NCBI GenBank assembly: GCA_965237675.1
Contig: OZ250150.1
Coordinates: forward strand, 3,008,001-3,072,000
Source of the DNA: Candidatus Latescibacterota bacterium
GTDB lineage: Bacteria > Latescibacterota > UBA2968 > GCA-2709665
DNA: 64,000 nucleotides
Reading direction: 5' to 3'
Positions 58,511 through 64,000 of the stretch are shown here, piece after piece (within the stretch, counting starts at the first letter, position 1; each line of letters begins with the position of its first letter). Under the pieces are notes generated by a model. That model worked only from the letters and a program-made list of their open reading frames with translations, made no database searches and had not been told where the DNA came from. The translations under genes were made by a program, and so were the position numbers.

Positions 58511-61500
58511 TTATCGTTGTGACATCTCAACCTTTGACGATGACAGAAGAGATCCGGCAAACCCCCTCAGGAAATGGCGTAGATCGTCCAGATAGGTATA
58601 GAATAGCGGCACGACGAACAGCGTCAATATCGTCGATGAGACCAACCCGCCGATCATCGTGATGCCCAGAGGCGCGTACGGCGTTCCCAGCATGGTCGCT
58701 GATCCGGCGGCCATCGGGAACAATCCGAAGATGGTCGTGAAGGTTGTCATCAGAATGGGCCGAAACCGGTTGTACCCAGCCTCCTCGATCGCCTTCGCGC
58801 GGCTCATGCCGCTCACTCTCAACCGGTTAATCATATCAATCAGCACGATCGCGTTGTTCACCACCACGCCAATGAGCAGAATAATGCCCATTTGGGACAT
58901 TTTTCCCATAACGGTATCCGTGAGGAACAGACTCCAGTACACCCCCAGGAAGGCGAACGGGATTGACAGCAACACCGCAAACGGCAGAACGAACGACTCG
59001 AAGAGCACGCCCATCAGTAAGAATACACAGGTAATCGCCATCGTGATTGCAAACGACATCGTATCGTCGGTCTCCCGGAACCTGGAGTAGGTCTCCCCCT
59101 TGTTCCAGGAATATCCCCGCGGCATGGCGAAACCTTCCATCGCCCGGTCGATCCGGGCCCACAGCCCTTGCAGATCCTCCTGTGTCGTGTGCGCTTTTAC
59201 CCACATCCGTATCTTCCCGCCCTCCCTCCGAATGGAACCGCTGCCCTTCGTTACGTTGAACGTGGCGAAAGCCGAAAGGGGAACCTGGATGCCGTTCTTG
59301 GATCGAAACGGAAAACTCTTGAGTTGCGCCAGTGTCTGGCGGTCGTCCTCGTCCATAAACAGCCGGACGGAAATCTCACGGTCTCCCTTGTAATACGGTG
59401 CCAGGTTGACGCCGCGCAGCTGATATGAGATGCTGCGCCCTACAGCCTGGGCGGAAATCCCATACGAATGAGCCTGTTCCTTGTTGATGAGCACCTGCAC
59501 CTCTGTTTCTGCAAACTCGAGATTGCTGTCCACGCTCACGACGTCCGGAATCGCCTCCACCCGTTGCCGCACCGCCTCCGACAGCTCGCCCAGGACGTCG
59601 ATGTCCTCGCCGTAGAGATAGACCGAAACGCCCGGGTCGCTGCGCCAACTGGTCTGCACCATCAACCGGACGCCCACAAAGCGGGGAATAAGCTTCTTGA
59701 CATCCGCGATGACCGCCGCTCGTGTCATCCGCCCCTTCACGGGGATTCCGACCTTCTTTCGAACGCTCCTGTAGAACTGTTTCCACCACGCCCGGTCCGG
59801 CTCTTCTTCCAGATAGACCCGGATGAAGCCGCGTTGCCGCCAGTAACCCAGCCGCACCGTTCTAATTCGGTACGTATCCCGCTTACTGTCCAGAAAATCC
59901 TCGATCTGAGTTGCGATCAGCTCCATCTCCGCCCGCTTGAAGAACGGAGGGGCCGCGAGACGAATATAAAACTCATTATTCACCCGGGCACGCCCGGTTG
60001 TCTTTTTGATGTTCGACGCCGGATAGAGGACCGAAACAAACAGGATGATGAAGATCAGCGAAGCGTCCCGGCGGTGTGCAAGAATCCACCTCAGACAGGC
60101 CTGATATTTCCGACGCGACCACCGGATCGACCGCGGATCTTCCTTGGGGGAGTGCTTGCCGAGCAACTTCGCCGCAAGGGGGATGAAGATCAGCGCCACA
60201 AACAGAGATCCCAACAACGACACAACCACCGGAATACCGATCCTGGTGAGTTCAAAGGTCAGCCCGATGTCGCCTGTCATAAACATCAGCGGCATAAAGA
60301 CCACGACCGTGGTCAGCGTCGCCATCGATATGGCCATGCCCACCTCGCTGGCCCCGGCAACGGAGGCTTCCTGCGCATCCATTCCTTTTGCCCGCATCCG
60401 ATAGATGTTTTCCACGATGACGATCGCGTTGTCCACCACCATTCCCATCCCCACCATCAGACCCATCATCGTCAGCAGATTCAACGACCAGTCCAGAAAA
60501 TAGAGCGCGGAAATCGTCATCATAATACACAGTGGAATCGACAGCGTAATCAGGGCCGTCATCCGGATCGCGCGAAGGAAATACAGCAGGATCAGGGCGG
60601 CAAAGAGGCCGCCCCAAATCGCGGTAATCCGGATGTTGTCAATCGAATCCCGCACCGCCTTTCCCTGATCCCACATAATGTTGAACTGTACCCCGGTTTC
60701 CTGACCGATCCGTTCCAATTCCTCCTTCACCAGGCTGGACACGTCCACCACATTGGCGCTCGACTCCTTGTATACATCCAGTCCGACTGCTTCCTTTCCA
60801 TTGATTCGCCAGGATCCCAGGTCCGGCGGCCTTCCGAATAGCACGCCCCCGACGTCGGCAACGCTGACGGGTCCCAGGCCGTTCGACCGCTTGATGGGAA
60901 TCCGCCGGATCTCGTCCATGTCCCGATACCGCGCCAGCGAACGGACGAAATACTTCTTTTCACCTTCCTGTACGTAACCGCCGGCCAGCGCGAAATTCTC
61001 TCCCTGCAACGCCTGCACCACGTCGGCGGGTCGAAGGCCCAGCGAACGCATCCGTTCCTGGAACACGACCACCATGATCTCCTTTCTGAATCGTCCCCAG
61101 AAAGAGACCTTCGCCACCCCATCGATTCGTTCCAGACGACGTTGAACCTTGTTTTCCATAAACGACTGGATATCATCCAGCCCCGCCGGCGGGGCGACCC
61201 CCATCCATATGATCTCCTGGTCCGTCTCCTCGTTATACTTCCAGACGCCCGTCCGGTCGCGCTTCTCAGGGGGTAATTCCAGTTTCAGGCGGTCCAGCCG
61301 GTCCATCACCTGGTTGTAGGCCAGAGACATATCCGTCTCCGCGCGAAACCGAAGACCGGCCTCCGCCCAGTTATTGCCGGCCCACGTACGCATCCGGAGG
61401 AGGTTCTTGACGGTTCCGAAATGCGCCTCGAACAGCCGGCAGATTTCCTGGTCGTTCTCCTTGGGGGAGGTATCCTGATTGCCCACCCACACCCACAGTT

Positions 61501-61666
61501 GTTTCCGTTCCCACCCGGAGGGAAAGGCCTGCAGGCGTATCTTGCTATAGGAAACGGCGCCGATCACCAGCAGCGCCACGAGGCACATGGTCACGGTTAC
61601 AGGCCGCGTTATGGAAAAACGCGGCAACAAAGCGTGTCGATCCTTCACCAGGGTCTCCAGCGACAA
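58511..61666 (-). CDS. RND efflux permease (AcrB/AcrD/AcrF family)
   Basis: FSITRPV, GMVVDNAIVIVENI, GVVVNNAIVLID, RFRPILMTT; 1051 aa. Confidence 0.93.
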   Translation of the reverse strand: MSLETLVKDRHALLPRFSITRPVTVTMCLVALLVIGAVSYSKIRLQAFPSGWERKQLWVWVGNQDTSPKENDQEICRLFEAHFGTVKNLLRMRTWAGNNWAEAGLRFRAETDMSLAYNQVMDRLDRLKLELPPEKRDRTGVWKYNEETDQEIIWMGVAPPAGLDDIQSFMENKVQRRLERIDGVAKVSFWGRFRKEIMVVVFQERMRSLGLRPADVVQALQGENFALAGGYVQEGEKKYFVRSLARYRDMDEIRRIPIKRSNGLGPVSVADVGGVLFGRPPDLGSWRINGKEAVGLDVYKESSANVVDVSSLVKEELERIGQETGVQFNIMWDQGKAVRDSIDNIRITAIWGGLFAALILLYFLRAIRMTALITLSIPLCIMMTISALYFLDWSLNLLTMMGLMVGMGMVVDNAIVIVENIYRMRAKGMDAQEASVAGASEVGMAISMATLTTVVVFMPLMFMTGDIGLTFELTRIGIPVVVSLLGSLFVALIFIPLAAKLLGKHSPKEDPRSIRWSRRKYQACLRWILAHRRDASLIFIILFVSVLYPASNIKKTTGRARVNNEFYIRLAAPPFFKRAEMELIATQIEDFLDSKRDTYRIRTVRLGYWRQRGFIRVYLEEEPDRAWWKQFYRSVRKKVGIPVKGRMTRAAVIADVKKLIPRFVGVRLMVQTSWRSDPGVSVYLYGEDIDVLGELSEAVRQRVEAIPDVVSVDSNLEFAETEVQVLINKEQAHSYGISAQAVGRSISYQLRGVNLAPYYKGDREISVRLFMDEDDRQTLAQLKSFPFRSKNGIQVPLSAFATFNVTKGSGSIRREGGKIRMWVKAHTTQEDLQGLWARIDRAMEGFAMPRGYSWNKGETYSRFRETDDTMSFAITMAITCVFLLMGVLFESFVLPFAVLLSIPFAFLGVYWSLFLTDTVMGKMSQMGIILLIGVVVNNAIVLIDMINRLRVSGMSRAKAIEEAGYNRFRPILMTTFTTIFGLFPMAAGSATMLGTPYAPLGITMIGGLVSSTILTLFVVPLFYTYLDDLRHFLRGFAGSLLSSSKVEMSQR

Positions 61667-61852
61667 ACGGATTCAAAAAACCGGTTCATCCGGAATGGTC
61701 CTGAAAGAAGATACACAAGCGATGTTAAAAATAACATGGAAAACAGGGTTTCGCCTCAATTTTGCCGGTGATACGCCAGGAACCGCGAGAACATCAGATC
61801 GACACCTCTCGTTGTAAGGACGCCAGCGGGGCCTTGTGCCGACGTTGCATTC

Positions 61853-62020
61853 GTAGGGGCGACGCCCGCACGTCCTGGCGGGGACATCGGTCAATGGTTA
61901 TCGCTCTTCCGCGCCGTGTTTGAGTTTGTAGGGGCAACCCTTGTGGTTGTCCACCTTGCGGCGCGAAAGTCAATCGATTGGCTGTACGCTGAGGGCTGAC
62001 CGCTGTCCGCTATTTGCTGA
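61853..62020 (+). repeat. GTAG-type REPs plus 7-nt GCTGA.. repeats
   Basis: GTAGGGGCAACCCTTGTGGTTGTCC 61928-61952, degenerate copy at 61853; GCTGA repeats 61988-62020. Confidence 0.7.
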
Positions 62021-62037
62021 TTTTCACCCATTTCCGC

Positions 62038-62066
62038 TTGACATGGAGCGTTCAAAGGCCTATTTT
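62038..62066 (+). promoter_or_regulatory. sigma70-like promoter for the T-box/pheS transcript
   Basis: TTGACA-17 nt-TATTTT just upstream of the T-box leader. Confidence 0.6.
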
Positions 62067-62076
62067 CTGACCCAAT

Positions 62077-62400
62077 AGCGATGACGGAGGAAAGTAAGCC
62101 GTCCCCAACCGGAAAGGGAGGGGGCGCCACGGACTGAAAGCGCTCCCGCGGTATGAACGGCCGAAGTTCCCTCTCGAGCTGCAAAGCTGAATACGAGTAG
62201 CGAGTGCATGCCCCGTCAATCCGGCAGAGGCAGTGGTCTCGCGGCACCCGTTATTAGGCTGCGCCGGTGACTCTCGCCGTAAACGGAGAGGGGCGGTCAT
62301 TGCCGCCTGCAAAGCGGCGCTTTTCAGGCGCAAATAGGGTGGTACCGCGGAAGGCATCGGGTCCTTTCGTCCCTATCGGGATGAAAGGCCTTTCTTTTTA
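62077..62400 (+). ncRNA. T-box riboswitch (Phe, UUC specifier)
   Basis: GCGATGA..GGAAAGTA stem I start, ACTGAAA distal loop, GAAG-TTC specifier at 62167-62169, AAATAGGGTGGTACCGCG T-box, terminator hairpin with U tract 62360-62399. Confidence 0.92.
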
Positions 62401-62472
62401 TATGGGGCGGCGCAACTCGAACGCGCAAATCCTCCCGCGCATGAGCGATCACGGATCTCAAGGAGCAGTCCT

Positions 62473-64000
62473 GTGAATCCATCGGCAGACCTGTCGTCTC
62501 TCCATGCCCTCGAAATCAAGACGCTCCGCGCCTTTAACGATTGCGATGGCAACGCGTTGTCCGATTCCCGACTGCCCGAAGCCGCCGGCATCGGCCCCGG
62601 CCAGATCCGGCGCGCGGTGGAATGGCTTCGCTCCAAGAACCTTCTCGAGATTACCGGCGATACCACGGTCTCCACAGTCAGCCTTACCGAATCGGGGATC
62701 GCCCAGGCCGGCATCGGCGCCACGCCGGAAATCGCGCTTCTGATTCGCGCGGGAGAGGAACCCGCACCCTCGCTCAGGGACCTCCAGGCCGACACCCGCT
62801 TCGACAAGGGGGAATGGGGGAGCGCCTTCGGAGGGCTGAAAGCCGAAGGCGCGATCCGGCAGGAGGGCGCCGCCATCCGCATCGCCGATCCGGAAAGGGC
62901 CGCGTTCTATACGGAGAGGCTGATGTCCGAGCTTTTCCGGCGCTTGCAAGGGGCTGGCGAAGAGGCGGTCCTGAGCCTCACCGACTTTCCGGAGGATGTC
63001 CAGTCCTATATCCGCGACAGAACGAGCAAACGCGGCAAGGGTAGAGCGGCCATCCGCGTGGACGAACGACTGGAACGCACGTACAGACTCACCGCTGCGG
63101 GCGCGCAAACCCTAAGGCGCATCGTGGAAACGAACCTGACCGGCGACGAGGTCTCGCGCCTGACGCCGGAGATGCTCCAGTCCGGCGATTGGAAGAACGT
63201 CTCTTTCCGACGATACGACATCAGCATCAAACCGCCGCGCATTCTCATCGGCCGTCTCCACCCCTACCGGGCGTATCTCGACGGCGTACGGCGCAAACTG
63301 CTTTCCCTGGGTTTTGAAGAAATGAAGGGTCCCCTGGTTGAAACCGAATTCTGGAACATGGATGCCCTGTTCATGCCGCAGTTCCATGCCGCGCGAAATA
63401 TACATGACGCCTATTATATAAAGGAACCCACCCATTCGAAGGGCGTCGAAGAACCCTTCTTTTCAAGTGTGGCCGAGGCCCACGCCACAGGTGGAAATAC
63501 GGGCTCCCGCGGCTGGCGTTACGAATTCAGCCCGGAACGCGCGCGTCGTCTGATTTTGCGAAGCCAGGGCACCGCGCTGTCAGCCCGCACACTGGCTTCC
63601 CGCCCGAATATCCCGGGCAAATACTTCGCCGTTGCGCGCTGTTTCCGATACGACGACGTCGACGCCACCCATGCCGCGGACTTCTTTCAGGTGGAGGGCA
63701 TCGTCCTCGGAGAGGGCATCAACTTTCGGAGCCTGCTTGGCCTGCTCAAACTCTTTGCGCTGGAGATCGCACAGTCCGAGGAATGTCGTTTTGTGCCGGA
63801 TTATTTCCCATTCACGGAGCCGTCTGTTGAGCTGCAGGCCAGGCACCCCGCATTGGGCTGGATCGAATTCGGCGGCGCAGGCCTTTTCCGGCCTGAACTC
63901 ACGCGACCCCTGGGCGTCGACGTCCCCGTCATTGCCTGGGGTCTGGGTATAGACCGCATGGCGATGGTGGCGCTGGGTATTGACGATATCCGCGACCTTT
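62473..64000 (+). CDS. pheS: phenylalanine--tRNA ligase alpha subunit, long archaeal-type, 3' truncated by window
   Basis: AGGAG then GTG; GRLHP, EFWNMDALFMPQFHAAR, CFRYD.VDATH..DFFQVEG, YFPFTEPS, AWGLGIDR. Confidence 0.95.
   Translation, partial: MNPSADLSSLHALEIKTLRAFNDCDGNALSDSRLPEAAGIGPGQIRRAVEWLRSKNLLEITGDTTVSTVSLTESGIAQAGIGATPEIALLIRAGEEPAPSLRDLQADTRFDKGEWGSAFGGLKAEGAIRQEGAAIRIADPERAAFYTERLMSELFRRLQGAGEEAVLSLTDFPEDVQSYIRDRTSKRGKGRAAIRVDERLERTYRLTAAGAQTLRRIVETNLTGDEVSRLTPEMLQSGDWKNVSFRRYDISIKPPRILIGRLHPYRAYLDGVRRKLLSLGFEEMKGPLVETEFWNMDALFMPQFHAARNIHDAYYIKEPTHSKGVEEPFFSSVAEAHATGGNTGSRGWRYEFSPERARRLILRSQGTALSARTLASRPNIPGKYFAVARCFRYDDVDATHAADFFQVEGIVLGEGINFRSLLGLLKLFALEIAQSEECRFVPDYFPFTEPSVELQARHPALGWIEFGGAGLFRPELTRPLGVDVPVIAWGLGIDRMAMVALGIDDIRDL

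Overview
GC-rich bacterial chromosome segment from a diderm (lptE present); the taxon cannot be fixed from sequence alone. 1-27.7 kb is core and catabolic: sulfatase, aquaporin, TPP enzyme, enolase-superfamily dehydratase, the pfkA-gap-pgk-tpiA-secG-tRNA-Leu(GAG) cluster, comF, a HAD-YvcK fusion, radC, cysK and a NUDIX gene. 27.7-50.5 kb is a defence island with no integrase. It holds VapBC, two orphan HicB genes, two copies of a CxxU AhpD-like selenoprotein bracketing an uncharacterised nuclease-like/ImmA cassette, a CBASS operon (frameshifted patatin, CD-NTase, E2-SEC-C) with an upstream kinase/STAS-wHTH pair, a type I RM system (HsdR plus a fused HsdM-S broken by an IS) and an IS3-family element. 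The island is punctuated by three families of 9-nt-periodic repeats. The most striking structure is a ~186-bp hairpin array between hsdR and hsdM-S around a GxxExxY nuclease-family gene, in which seven units carry a synonymously recoded copy of the last codons of hsdR (PLNQFAA-stop). 50.5-64 kb returns to core genes: lptE, a DsbA-like gene, form II coxSLMG, cupin, DoxX, an orphan RND pump, and a Phe T-box in front of a long archaeal-type pheS. Family assignments come from motif recognition by eye, not database searches.
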